From: Lama glama
Lineage: Eukaryota
Length of the DNA: 64,000 bases
Direction: 5' to 3'
NCBI GenBank assembly: GCA_028534125.1
Contig: CM052817.1
Span: 88,104,001-88,168,000, forward strand
Shown here one piece after another: positions 51,830-64,000 of the stretch. The position numbers and the translations under genes were made by a program. The notes under the pieces were generated by a model. It did no database searches. It was not told the DNA's origin and saw only the letters and a program-made list of their open reading frames with translations. The stretch's first letter is position 1; every line of letters starts with the position of its first letter.

Positions 51830-54000
51830 CAGATATTTCTTCCAGAATTAAATGTCACCCTACTTTGTACTTCCTTAAGATTTCCAAGGCTATTCTTGTC
51901 CTATTTTACTTGTGTACACGTTATTGAAACATCTTGTTAATTTCCACAGAGAAAAAAATCCTACTGGATTTAAAATTTAGTATGTTCAATCTGTAAATAA
52001 ATAGATTCCTTAACAATACTGAATCTTCCAAGCCATGAAGATGCTTTATTTATTTATTTTGGTTTTCTTTAGTTTTTCCTATTTATGTGCTTTCAATGTA
52101 AAACCCTTTTACATATTCCATTAGATTTATCCTAGTTTTTTAGTGCAAATAATTTTTAAGTGGCAAATTATTAGTATAATCTCTATTTCTTTATCTATAA
52201 TTGCTAAAAAGAATCTGATTTTTATAAACTGATCTCGTTTCCAGGAACTTTGCTAAATTCATTCATTAATTCTAATAGTCTGTACGACTCTTTTATACCT
52301 TGTAGGTATATAGTCATGCTGCTTTCAGGTAATACTATTTTTTTCTTCTCTTTTAATTCTTTTCAATTGTATTACTTTTTAAATTGCTGTTGCTATTTTC
52401 ATCAAGTTTGTTTGCTGTTCTTTTTCTAGCATTAATTCTCATCTTAAAAAATACGTTCACTAATACTATAGAATTCTTTCTAAGCACATTTAAATAATGT
52501 CAAATATGTAATGCAGTTTCTTTTCCTTAGCATCCAGTGCTGTTGCAGTCATCTTCCTTTGAGTCGAGTCTGCTCATATATTTAGCAGCAGCAAATTTAA
52601 GCAGAATTTCCTTTTCCTTCCAATTTTTGACAAGCTGTTTTTGGGGGGAGGGGTATTAGGTTTATTTTATTTATTTGTCTATTTAAATGGAAGTTCTGGA
52701 GATTGAAACCAGGACCTCGTGCATGCTAAGCAGACACTCTGCCACCGACCTACACCCTCCCCCATGACAATCTATTTTTTAATATAAAATAAGGAATATT
52801 TATACTTGCTTCAATGCAAATATGTTTGCATCAGTTTTACCATCTTACTAAAGTGCTATTTGCTTGTCTTGTGTCTCTTTTTAGGCTTCCTTCTTTAGAA
52901 TCTGCTGGTTTTAGTTTCCCTTTGCCAGGACTGTCTATTCCCCCTAACAAAAATCTAATACAAATTACTGTATCTATCCTCTTCCCCAAGAAATAATATT
53001 CCTAAAATTTTAACTTACCATGCTCCCCAACTTCACATTTTTGCTGTCCAATATTTTTCTTCCTTGTTATTTTAAGCCCTGTAATATGTAATTATTTTTA
53101 TAATCATTATTTTAGATGGTTTAGGCAAGCATACATACATTTTTTTATTATCCTTTCCTCTTACTGCCTCTTTCAAATCCTCCTGAAACACATTCCTCAA
53201 AAGGCCCTACAATGGGTCTGTCAGTAGTAAAAACTCTCCATTCTTACAATCTTAGCCTATTGGGCTTAAAATTATAAACTCTGTCACCTAGAAGTTGTTA
53301 CTTTTGTCTTAAATTGTTGCTGTTGGTAAATCAAAATAATTCATTTTGTTGAAGATAAACTATTCTCAATGTGTTTTGTGATTTACAGGTTCACCATGGT
53401 ATTACTAGATGTTAATTTATTTTTCTGTAGCCTATGTGGGATGAGTTGTACTTCCTGAACCTTAAGTTGTATGTTTTCCATGTTGTCCTTTAAGTTCTCC
53501 AATGTCTCAGCAAGTATCTTTTGCTTCCCCCATTCACTCTGTCCCCTCATTTTGGACTCTTTATATGATACATTTACAATGTCTTATTCTAGTTTCCTTG
53601 AATCTTGACACCTCTTTCATTTATTTGTCTTTCTATACTGCATTATAGATAATCTTTTAGTTCTTGCCACTAGATCAGTAATTGTTCAGCTGTGAACAAT
53701 CAGATGTTTAAAACTTTGGTTGAGTCTTTAATTTAAATGTATGATATTTGTATTCCTAGAAGTCGTATTTTTGTACCCATCTTTTTATTCACGTATAAAT
53801 ATGCTCTTCTCTTGATGTTACATTCCATATAATTCCATATTTTATTACTTACGTTATCTTAAATATATTAATGATAAGGCTTAAATTATATTATTTGCTT
53901 TTGATTTCCTTTTTTCTGAATTTAGCTGACAGTGGCTTGATGCCTCATGTGTTTTGTTCATTTGTATTTTGAACTTATCGTGAACTAGATCAGAGTTAAT
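51830..54000 (-). mobile_element. Ancient fragmented L1 (L1M/L1ME-like), interrupted by a SINE
   Basis: T-rich antisense L1-like tracts (aacaatactgaatcttccaagccatgaa; actttgctaaattcattcattaattctaatag; ttcaccatggtattactagatgttaattt). Confidence 0.55.
52643..52763 (-). mobile_element. tRNA-Ala-derived SINE (camelid vic-1-like) with TSD
   Basis: Minus strand ggggagggtgtaggtcggtggcagagtgtctgcttagcatgcacgaggtcctggtttcaatctccag with degenerate A/B boxes and AGC anticodon arm; TSD tgacaagctgtttt 52628-52641 / tgacaatctatttt 52765-52778. Confidence 0.85.
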
Positions 54001-54911
54001 CATGTTTCAAACCTAGAAGGATTTGCTTTAATCCCTGCCAAGTTTAGACCCCACAGTTTTTTCATTGTGGAATCATTTTAAATGCTCAGAGTGAGTTTGC
54101 CAACACCATGAAGGCAACACACACTAAGCTTCTGTGATGACTGGCTTGTGGTTTTAAATCTTCAGATAAAGTTTCCCCATATAAAGCCTAGGTTGGGATC
54201 AATTTTAGATATTGGGCAGATATTTTCACTAATTGAGCCTGTGACTGTTTGTGGTCCTGCTCCTCTTTAGGTTTAACTCAAATTCATTGCCTTGTGAGGG
54301 TGCAGGCCTTAGTTTCTGAGCTTGGATGGCCAATAAAAGAAGGTTCTCAGTTACAGGCATCTGAAACATTAATGCAATTTTACAATTCTGGTTTTCAGCC
54401 TCTCTCCCAAACCCAACCTCCTTCGGGTTTTATTCTTTTGTGAGCTCATTTCTTCTCTGAAAAGATGTTGGTCATATTTTACCCAGGATCTCTAAAGCAT
54501 TTCACAGCAGGTGAGTTTCTAGAATACGTAGGTCACCATCTTGCTGTGTCCAATAGAGCAGCATTGTCAATATCACTGTAGTCTTCATGCATTTATGTAC
54601 AGCATACATGTACATAGAAAAAAATGGTCAATGCTTATGACAAACCATTGTGTAGCAAACATATTAATAAAAATTCCAATTAAATGATTCATAACCAACC
54701 CTCTTTTAAGACCTGAGTTCTAGTTCCTGGTGCTACACCAGATTAACTTGCAGCTCCAGTTCTGTTGAAGTTTATTTCAGGAAAAACAACAACAAGCAAA
54801 TAAACATATTTTATTTTGGCAGGGCCAAGAATAATTATCCTTGAGAATGTCTCCAGGGATTTCACCTTCTATTCTAAAATGTTCCTCAAAGTATTCACTC
54901 AACAAAAAGCT

Positions 54912-54996
54912 GTATATATGTGTGTGGATATAGATGTATACACACAAATATATATGTATGTATACATATATAGACACATATGGATGTATATGTATA
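54912..54996. repeat. Degenerate TA/TG/CA low-complexity tract
   Basis: Seen directly. Confidence 0.8.
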
Positions 54997-55287
54997 TAGT
55001 TGACTCTTGTACACAACTTTGAACTGCTTAACTCCACATATGTGCAGATTTTTTCCAATAAATATACATTTGACCCTCTGGATCTGTGGGTGTTGCATCC
55101 ACAGAGTCAACCAACCACAGATCAAATTTCAATTTGGAGTTGGTTAAACTCTAGGATGCCATACCCACAGATATGGAGGGCCTAAATGTAAAATGTCATT
55201 TTATATAAGGGACTTGAGCATCCTTGTATTTTGGTATCTGTATAGGGTCCTAGAAACAATCCCCCTGTGTATACTGAGGGACAACTC
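54997..55287 (+). mobile_element. Non-autonomous TcMar-Tigger element (Tigger2a/MER8/MER2-like)
   Basis: Termini tagttgactcttg... / ...tactgagggacaactc flanked by TA on both sides; internal ataagggacttgagcatcc. Confidence 0.8.
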
Positions 55288-55464
55288 TATATACACACAC
55301 ACAATATTAGGAAATTGTCTACAGTGTTGTGGATTTTTTTTTTACTTTCTGCTCAATTTTACAGAAAATTAATAATTTTGTTACTTAAATTGTGTGAAGA
55401 CGTTAAAAAATGGTTGTACTGCAATTGTCAAAACAATTACAAATGTTATCTCCATGATTTCTTT

Positions 55465-57090
55465 TTAACTATAATTTTTATTTTGAGATAATTATAGATT
55501 CATATGCAGTTGAAAAACACATTAGATCCTGCGTACTCTTTACCCAGTTTCCCCCATAGAAACACTGTAAAGTATCTCTACCCGGGTGACATTGATAGTG
55601 AAGGTATGAAACAGCTCCGTCATCACAAGGATCCCATGTGTTGCTCTCTCCTTTTTTTGATCTTATTTCCAAATATAATAGTCAGTCTTTCACCAGTATG
55701 ATGTTATCTGTAGGAGTTTGTTTATTTATTGTGTAGATGTTCTTTCTAAAAATGAAGACCTTTGCCTCTGTTATTACTTTGCTGAAAATGTTTGTCTTGT
55801 GTAAGTTTTAAATTTTTTAATATGCTTTTTATGCATCCACTGATACAACCACATGATTTTTTAATTTAGCCTGTTGATGTAATGGATTACATTTACTGAT
55901 TTTTGAATATTGAAGTAGCCTTACCTACCTGAAATAAATCTGACTTGGTCATGTGTATAATTGACAGTGGTGTATAATTATGCATGCTGCATAATTTGTG
56001 TGTGTGTATATTTATATATATATTCTGTCTAGTATTTTGTTGTGGTTCTCTGCATGCACGTTCGTAAGAAATATTGGCACCGATCCACACTACTCCCTTG
56101 TAGAAAAGTGAGATAGAAGTTCAGTTCCTCCCTTCATCTTCACTGAGCCTTCCTAGTGAAAACAGGGAACTTCCACGCATCTCTCATTGCCTCCAACTAG
56201 TTCGTCTAGATCAGCTCCCCACTGGGACCCTGCAATCAGAGAGGAGAGGCCCAGAGGGTGCTGGTATAAATTCAGATCCTGCAGGGCCCCTCTGACACCA
56301 GAGAAGGGGAGAAGAGGAAGCCCAGTGCCAACCAGCCTTGCCCACACTGTTTCTTTCTGCCTCGTCATTCCTTGCAGGGGTGGAGGCTGAGAACTGAGAC
56401 TACATGTCATGATGGACAAAGGAAGAAAAGTGCAGACTAGCTCTGTCCACATTACATCATTGGGTCACACTGCTGCCAGTGAGGGAGGATGCTGAGTTGC
56501 CTACTGGGCCTTACGGACACAAAGGGTTGGGGGCAAGTACAGTGCTTACTGGTCTCTACTTGCATTTTCTTTTTCCTGTCTCTTTAAAATTCCAGTTGGT
56601 ACAGGGGAGGGTGGATGTTCAACTCACTGCTAGATACCACTGACAGCCTTAAGTTGGGGAACTGGACCTGCTTCCAGAGACACCAGGCAGCAGGGGAATT
56701 AGAGCATCACCAGGGCTTCCACAGGGCAGGTGAGTGGGACAGAAGGTCAACCTCTAGGTCCACCGAGGTTCTGTTGAAACTCTGGGTGGTTGTTTCTTTG
56801 GTGTTTGGCTGAGTAGGGTGAATATGGTTTTCTCTTTCCAGGCCACCCTTTCCCCGGGACTTTGACTTAGAGACTGATTTTTCATGGAGTTTTTCTTGAC
56901 TTTGCCTGTCAGCAGGTCTGGTTGGAGGCGTCTTCAGCACCTTGCCCTGGGTATATGAGAGGCAGTAAGGAAACTCAAGGGACTAACCCTGTGTCTAACT
57001 AACCTTCTGTCTCGAAGATTCTCTGGAGTCCTCCTTCTTTTCACCTTCCAGAGGCCTTGTTGAGTTATGTTGTGTCATGTCCAGGTATCT
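55465..57090 (-). mobile_element. L1MC/MD-like pieces: 3' end (~55465-55650), ORF2 fragment (~55655-56080), GC-rich 5' UTR-like region (~56080-57090)
   Basis: ttttattttgagataattatagattc...tttacccagtttcccc; tttcaccagtatgatgtt...gacttggtcatg; gggtatatgagaggcagtaaggaaactcaaggga. Confidence 0.6.
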
Positions 57091-57249
57091 ACATTAAATG
57101 CATCTTAAACTCAACCTAAATATTTTTGAAGCTAATCTTGTTCTAGGTTTATGTTACTCATCTCAGTAATTTTTAAATTATATTGCACATTTTGGGTTTT
57201 TTTAGTTGTGTTTTATTTTCATAAGAACACCTAACAAGAGATCTCCCCA

Positions 57250-57980
57250 GCATTTCTGCTGGAATCTTAATTGCCATCGTGGTTCATCACTTTTTCTCCC
57301 ACAAAATATAGAATCAACAATTAGCCCTTTTCTACAACCACTAGTCATCAACATATCTCACTTGGATATCACAATGTTTTCCTGGTTGGGGTCTCCATCA
57401 ACATTCTAAATCGCCTCCCTTCAAATCTGTTTTCATCATAACTAGTAAGATCATGCTACTCTCCTGCTTAAAAATCCCACAATGCCATCCACTTGTTTCC
57501 AGGACACAGCAGAACATACTCTATTTGATATGAGACCTCGAAAGAAAAGGCCTTTACGTACCTACCTATTGGGTCCTCTCTGAGATTCTGGCTTTCTCTT
57601 GATTCCTAAGATGTGACAAGGTCCTTTCTGCTCAACATTTTCCCAGACTGTCTTTCTTTTGTCTGAATTGTTTTTTGTTTTTGTTTTTGTTTTTGTTTTA
57701 TTGCCTGGAAAACTTCTGCTTTCATTTTTATTCCTCTAAATGGCACTATATCTAAGTAATCTTCTTTGTTACACTCTGTTTAGTCAGTCATTCCTTTCAC
57801 CACGTAATATACATGAATTGCATCTTGTAATTTGGGTTCATGTTGCATTTGTTCTAAATAGTCAATTTGTATTTATTTGTTTAATGTTTGGCTATCCTGC
57901 AAGACCATAAAGCTCCATGAAGAAAGGAGTGGATTTTGTGTGGCTCTCTGCTGAAATCCCAGGTCTCAGCTCAATGACTC
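57250..57980 (+). mobile_element. L2 LINE 3' region
   Basis: atctcacttggatatcacaa...catgctactctcctgcttaaaa...ataaagctccatgaagaaagg; contains (TTTTTG)n near 57670-57698. Confidence 0.7.
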
Positions 57981-60497
57981 TCTTTTTTTTTTTTTAATGA
58001 ATAAAGACATTCGTAATTGGATTTGGGCTTATAAATTTATATTATTAAGTATATGTTGAAAAAATGATTCTTAGAGATTTATATATCAAATATTTTAGTA
58101 TAAACTAGGAGACTGAAAATAGACTATTTTGTGAGCAAGTTAATCCTTTGAAAGACTGGCCTTCACTGTAATTGTTTAACAAACTGATTTCAGCTATTCA
58201 TTGTAACTTTTACTGTATTTATAAAGTGGCTATTTCAATAGGCTCACACAAAGGAATATTAATATTTAGCAATTTTCATTCTTTGGGGCTAAACTTGAAT
58301 TGGATCCTTATTTGTTAAGATGAGCATTTTTTGGATGTTGTAGGGGGTTTTTTGGCAGGAGGCCTACTCACTAGTATTTTTGTCATGGATTTTATTCTTT
58401 TTCAAAGACCAAAAACTTGAGGGAGACAATTGTAAAACTCAAGTGAAAGAAATTATGTCTAATTCTAAAGTACTAGTGTACAATATTTCTATGATTTTAT
58501 TACTTACAATAAAAAAGATTTGGAATGTGTCCAGTGGATAAAAGGTTTAGCTACAGGAATCATACTAGGAGGGAAAAAATGCTCAAACCAGTTACATTTT
58601 ATGGGACTTTCTCAGGAATGGCATGAGAATTTTGTCAATAAAATGAGCTTCCTTTTTTCTGTTTCTCACTAGCAGTTGCCAAATTTTAGGTTACAATATG
58701 TTGGGTATACCATGTCTATATAATTTCATATTACTGGAAATATGTTTTATTGTATTATTAACTATTTTATTTTTAACTATGATGACTTGTTAATTTGGGG
58801 TATTGCTTTTTCAAAATAAAAACAGAAATTTTCAGTATAAGAAATTGGAAAATATTTACGTGTTTTCTGATAATATATTTATTCCAACATTTTCATAAGA
58901 CATGTTCAAAGTATAAAGTAAGTACTTACTCATCACAATGAAAATAAAAAAAATAAACCAAAAGAGCAACAGTAACTGTGCATCTTAGCCAAGGAATAAT
59001 GGAATGGCAAATATACACAGAGACACATATGCACACTCAAAAAATAAGATAATTTTAAAACATAAAATAGCTTTGATATTACATACATTTCAGACCAATG
59101 GGCAATATGCATAATAACGCAGAGAAGAATTTTATTGGTGTAAGCTATACGATTTAAAAAGCAGGCAAACTTTTATTAAACAGTGCCAACTAAGGAAACA
59201 GAAGGGATTATAGCCTTTAAGATATGACATCAAGAAACTAAAATCTTTCATAATTTGCATTCTATTTATTTAAAAGACTTCAAGGAATAAGTTGTTCCTT
59301 TCTTGGTGCCCAGGTCCTAGCAGGGTAATAAACCCAGTTTTTGCCACTGCCCATTGTAAAACCACAGAATACAAGTCTCCCAGTTAGAAGGGATATATGT
59401 TCAGCAATTTTGAGTTAAATTTATATGACATTTTTAAGAGAAAGTTAAGGAGGATCTGATTCAGTTACTCACACAAAAATGTAATTGATATAGGTGAAAC
59501 TTCTTCCCCTTGTGTAAATAAGTAGTTGAGTACTTCACAAATGTTTATCTAAATAATTTTGCACTGTTATAAAGTTCACCATATTTATTTCCATATATTA
59601 GCACAATGTACCTTTCGATCATTTAACCAACCCAAGATTAGTTGAAAAGTTTTAAATGTAGAGTTTAGAAAGTATTTTAGAAAATTGCATTCTTCAGGCT
59701 ATTTCTTTTCATAAAATTGAATCATAAGGACTGCTGTGTATTTCAAGCACATGTTGAAAATACCATTTAAGCCTTTATAAACCTGTGAAAACAAAATACA
59801 GTGAATTTGGGCAATGATAAGTCATACAAATATACCCATTTCTAAGTGGTAACAATCATGATAGTGCCAATATTTCTTATAGTCTATTGAAATAGTACTA
59901 TATATTCATTTATAATTATTAGATCATTATTATATGAGTAGCTAAAAAATCTTAGGAGGAACGCAAAGAAGTATTTAGATGTGGATATTAGCACTGAGGG
60001 TTCTTAAACTATATCAGAAGATGGCACTGAGGGGCAAACTCAGGCACTGAAATACATTTCTTGAGCAAATAAAAGGTTATTTCAGCATCTCTCGTTTTCA
60101 TTTCTCAGCAGGTGCATCCCGCCAATTTCTTGGCCAAACCAGGGAGTTCATGGTCCTATTAAACTTTGAGTTATAGCCCTCAAGGTTTCACTATGGTTAG
60201 CCACAACATCCTCTAGGCTTCTGATTTCCTTGGAGGAAAATAAATAGCATACACCAGTAGCTACAAAGAGAAAGAAAAAATAAAACTCCCCAATCTGATC
60301 ACTCATATTGGCTTAAAAAACTCCCACAGCAAGTGAGCTTTAGAACCTTTTGTTAAACTAGTAGAAATCATCTCTGCCTTATTATCTGCTTCACAGTATC
60401 TGCCAAAATTTAGAAACAATAATTTTACCTAATAATACCTTCTCAACACAATCTCAGAAGTAAGGTATAACATAAAAATTTGGTATACTCTCATGCA

Positions 60498-62863
60498 GAG
60501 ACATACCTTGGAGATACTTCAGGTTTGGTTCCAGACCACTGCAATAAAGACAGTGTAGCAATAAAGTGAGTCACATGAATTTTTTGGTTTCTCGATACAT
60601 ATAAAAGTTATGTTTACATTCTACAGTAGTCTATTAAGTGTGCATTAAGTCTAAAAAGAGCATGTACTTACCTTAATTGAAAAATATTGCTAAAAAATGC
60701 TAGCCATCATCTGAACCTTCAGTGAGTTGTAATCTTTTTGCTGGTGGAGAGTCTTGCTTCTGTGTTGATAGCAGCTAACTAACAAGGGTGGTGATTCCTA
60801 AGAGCTGAGGTGGCTATGGCAATTTCTTAAAATAAGACAATAATGAAGTTTACCACATCAATTGACTTTTCCTTTCATGGATGATTTTCCTATTGCATGC
60901 ATTGCTGTTCAATAGCATTTTGCCCACAGTAAAACTTCTTTCAAAATTGGCATCAATCCTCTCAATCCCTGCCACTGCTTTATCAGCTAAGTTTATGTGC
61001 ATCCTAAATCCTTTGTTGTCATTTCAACAATCTTCATGGCATCTTCACCAGAAGTAGATTCCATCTAAAGAAAACACTTTATTTGCTTATCTATAAAAAG
61101 AAACTTCTCATCTGCTGAAGTCTGAATATAAGATTGCAGCCATTCAGTCCCATCTTCAGGCTCCACCTCTAATTCTAGTTATCTTGCTATTTCCACTGCA
61201 ACTGCAGTTACTTCCTCCACCAAAGTCTCGAACCCATCAAAATCATCCATGAGAGCTGGAATCAACTTCTTCCAAATTCCTGTTAATGTTGATATTATGA
61301 CCTCTTTCCATGCATCACAAATGTACTTAATGGCAGCTAGAATGCTTAATTCTTTCCAGAAGGTTTCTAATTTCCTTTGCGCAGATCCATTAGAGGAATC
61401 ACTGTCTGTGGCAGCAGTGGTCTTTCTTAAACAGTAAGACTTGAAAGTCAAAATGACTCCTAGATCCATGGTCTTCAGAACGGATGTTGTGTTAGCAGCC
61501 ATGGAAGTATTAATCTCAGTGTGTAACCCATCAGAGCTCTTGGGTGACCAGGTGCACTATCAGTGAACAGTAATATTTTGAAAGGAATCTTTGTTTCTGA
61601 GCAGTAGGTCTCAACAGTGGGCTTAAAATATTTGTTAAACTGTGTTGCAAACAGATGTGTTGTCATCCCAAATTTTTTGTTCCACTGATAGAGCAAAGTC
61701 TGAGTAGAGTTAATATAATTCCAAAGGACAGGACCCCAGGATTTTCTGAATTCTAAACAGTCATTGCCTTCAACATGAAGACTCCAGCTGCATTAACTCC
61801 TAACAAGAGAGTAGCCTGTCCTTTGAAGTTCTGAAACCAGGAATAGACTTCTCCTCTGTAGCTATGAAAGTCCTACATGGCATCCTCTTCCAATAGAATC
61901 TGCTTAATCTACATTGAAAATCTGTTTTTCAGTGTAGCCACCTTCATTAATGACTGTGGCTAGATCTTCTGGATAACTTTGCTGCAGCTTCTATATCAGC
62001 ATTTGCTGCCTCACCTTGCACTAGTATGGTGATGGTGTCTTTCCTGAAACCACATGAGCCAATTCCTGATAGCTTAAACTTTTCTTCTGCAGCTTCTTCA
62101 CCTCTTCCAGCCTTCAAAGAATTGAAGGGAATTAGGACCTTGCTCTGGAATAGAGTTTGGATTATGGGAATGTTGTGGCTGGTTTAATCAAACCAGACCA
62201 CTAAAACTTTCTCTATCAGTAATAAGGCTGTTTGACTTTTGTATCATTCATCTGTTCACTGGAATAGCACTTTTAATTTCCTTCAATAACTTTTCCTTTG
62301 CATTCACAATTTGGTTAACTGTTCAGAGCAAAAGATTGAGATTTTGGTCTATTTCAGTTTTAGACATACCTTCCTCACTAAGTTTAATTATTTTTAGCTT
62401 TTTATTTAAAGTAAGAGGCGTGTGATTCTTCCTTTCACTTGAACACTCAGAGGCCATTGTAGGATTATTAATCAGTTTAATTTCAATATTGTTGTATCTC
62501 AGGGAATAGGGAGACCCCAGAAGAGGGAGGGACAGGGGAGTGGTCCATGGAGTGATCAGAACACACACATTTATCAGTTAAGTTCACCATCTTTTACGGG
62601 CACAGTTCATGTGCTTGAAAACAATTACAATAGTGACATCAAAGATCAGTGATCACAGATTATCATAACAAATATGATAATGAAAAAATTTAAATATTGC
62701 AAAAATTACCAAAATGTGACACAGAGACACAAAGTAAGCAGATACTGTTGGAAAAAATGGTGCCAATAGACTTATCTCAAGGTTGCCTAAAAACTTCCGT
62801 TGTAAAGAATGCAATATCTGGGAAGAACAATAAAGCCAAGCAGAATAAACTTAGGTATACCTG
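60498..62863 (-). mobile_element. Near full-length Tigger1 DNA transposon (~2.37 kb)
   Basis: Degenerate inverted termini gagacatacctt... / ...taggtatacctg; internal transposase remnants. Confidence 0.93.
61000..62457 (-). pseudogene. Decayed Tigger1 pogo/DDE transposase (3' boundary approximate)
   Basis: Fragments in separate ORFs: MASECSSERKNHTPLTLNKKLKIIKLSEEGMSK (62323..62568), [19 protein letters not shown] (61475..61696), [20 protein letters not shown]...WKKLIPALMDDFDGF (61179..61502). Confidence 0.9.
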
Positions 62864-63293
62864 TGTATACCATGGAATATAGGCATAAAACTATTGAATA
62901 AAAGCACTTTAGGAAATTTAATGTTTTGTTTTGTTTTGTTTTTACCTTTGTTTATCTTAGTTATGTTTTACTTCAGTTAACTAATACTAACCTTTTCTGC
63001 TATACATAGTCTACAATGTATTTTATGATCTTTTAAAATCACTAAGCAGTTTTTAAGCACCTATAAATAGAACTCTGCTCTGTTTAACCTCATAGAACGT
63101 TCTCTTTGAACATAGGAAGTTACCTTATTAAGAGTGTGCTTGCTGGTTTATATACTGAGTAGACTATGCTGAAACTCCGTAAATAAAATATGAGAAAAAT
63201 ATATTTAGAGCTAAAATTCTAAGACAAATTGGTATTCTGATTTATTGCCTGTATATTACATTTTATTTTATTTATTTTACTATTTTATGTTTT

Positions 63294-63413
63294 GGGGGGG
63301 TAATTCAGTTTGTTTGTTTGTTTATTTGTTTATTAATAGAGGTATTGGGGATTGAACCCAAGACTTCGTGAATGCAAAGCATGCAGTCTACCACTGAGCT
63401 GCACCCTCCCCCC
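63294..63413 (-). mobile_element. Second tRNA-Ala-derived vic-1-like SINE
   Basis: Minus strand gggagggtgcagctcagtggtagactgcatgctttgcattcacgaagtcttgggttcaatccccaatacctc; A-rich tail extends to ~63260; homologous to 52643-52763. Confidence 0.85.
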
Positions 63414-63529
63414 TAAATTTTAGTATTAACTCTACAATTTAGATTGAAACAACAGTACAGAATAAAAATATTTTGAATTAAAAAACGCATGTCTTTAGAT
63501 GTTATAAAGAAAATTATATATATATATAT

Positions 63530-64000
63530 TTACAATATTGTATCAATTTCTGGTGTACAGCATAATGCTTCAGTCATACATGAACATACATACATTTGTT
63601 TTCATATTCTTATTCACCATAAGTTACTATAAGATATTGAATATAGTTCCCTGTGCTATACAGTATAAATTCTTTATTTATCCTTTTTATATATAGTAGT
63701 TAGTATCTGCAAATCTCAAACTCTCAGTTTATCCTTTCCCACCCTCCTTCCCCTGCTAGTATATTTGTATTCTATGTCTTTGAGTCTGTTTCTCTTTTAT
63801 AAAAAAGTCTGTTTGTCTTTCTTTTTTTTAAGTCCACATATAAGTGGTATTATATGGTATTTTTTCTTTCTCTTTCTGGCTTACTTCACTTAGAATAACA
63901 TTCTCCAGGTCCATCCATGTTGCTGCAAATGACGTTATTTCATTAATTTTTACAGCTGAGTAGTATGCCATTGTATAAATACACCACAGCTTCTTTATCC
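63530..64000 (-). mobile_element. Young L1 3' end, runs off the window
   Basis: Closely similar to 44000-44470 (caatttctggtg...gatattgaatatagt..ccctgtgctatacagtataaat...gttagtatctgcaaatctc). Confidence 0.93.

Noticed and set aside
56934..56950. REST/RE1 site (ttcagcacc...)
   Set aside because: Only the left half-site; GGACAG half absent
56080..57090. CpG island or host gene promoter
   Set aside because: GC-rich but CpG-poor; better explained as an old L1 5' region
58917..58930. 14-bp perfect palindrome agtaagtacttact
   Set aside because: Length expected by chance in 64 kb of AT-rich DNA
63340..63413. tRNA-Ala gene (also 52690-52763)
   Set aside because: Arms are degenerate and followed by SINE body and A-rich tail; these are SINE heads
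1..64000. Six-frame ORFs of 60-109 aa as genes
   Set aside because: Short, low-complexity and without recognisable domains; lengths expected by chance; the only recognisable ones are L1 and Tigger remnants

Overview
AT-rich, gene-poor mammalian genomic DNA (intergenic or deep intronic), not prokaryotic. Two copies of a tRNA-Ala-derived SINE resembling camelid vic-1, plus young L1 3' ends, suggest a camelid host (inference from recalled consensus sequences). No host protein-coding exon, RNA gene or CRISPR array could be supported. The only recognisable peptides in the ORF track are transposon remnants: L1 ORF1p/ORF2p fragments and a decayed, near full-length Tigger1 transposase. The window is a mosaic of L1, L2, MIR, MaLR/ERVL LTRs and hAT/Tigger DNA transposons. 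Most notable non-repeat signals: a near-consensus CTCF site (4480-4498); two CpG-retaining unique patches (~2.4-3.1 kb, ~47.3-47.9 kb); weak minus-strand exon candidates; four almost perfect two-copy tandem duplications of 34-62 bp; several palindromes; and unusual L1 structures (5' micro-inversion, ORF1/3'-end chimera, internal poly-A). I found no convincing novel biological system. Repeat subfamily names come from memory and need RepeatMasker/Dfam confirmation; boundaries of old elements are approximate.
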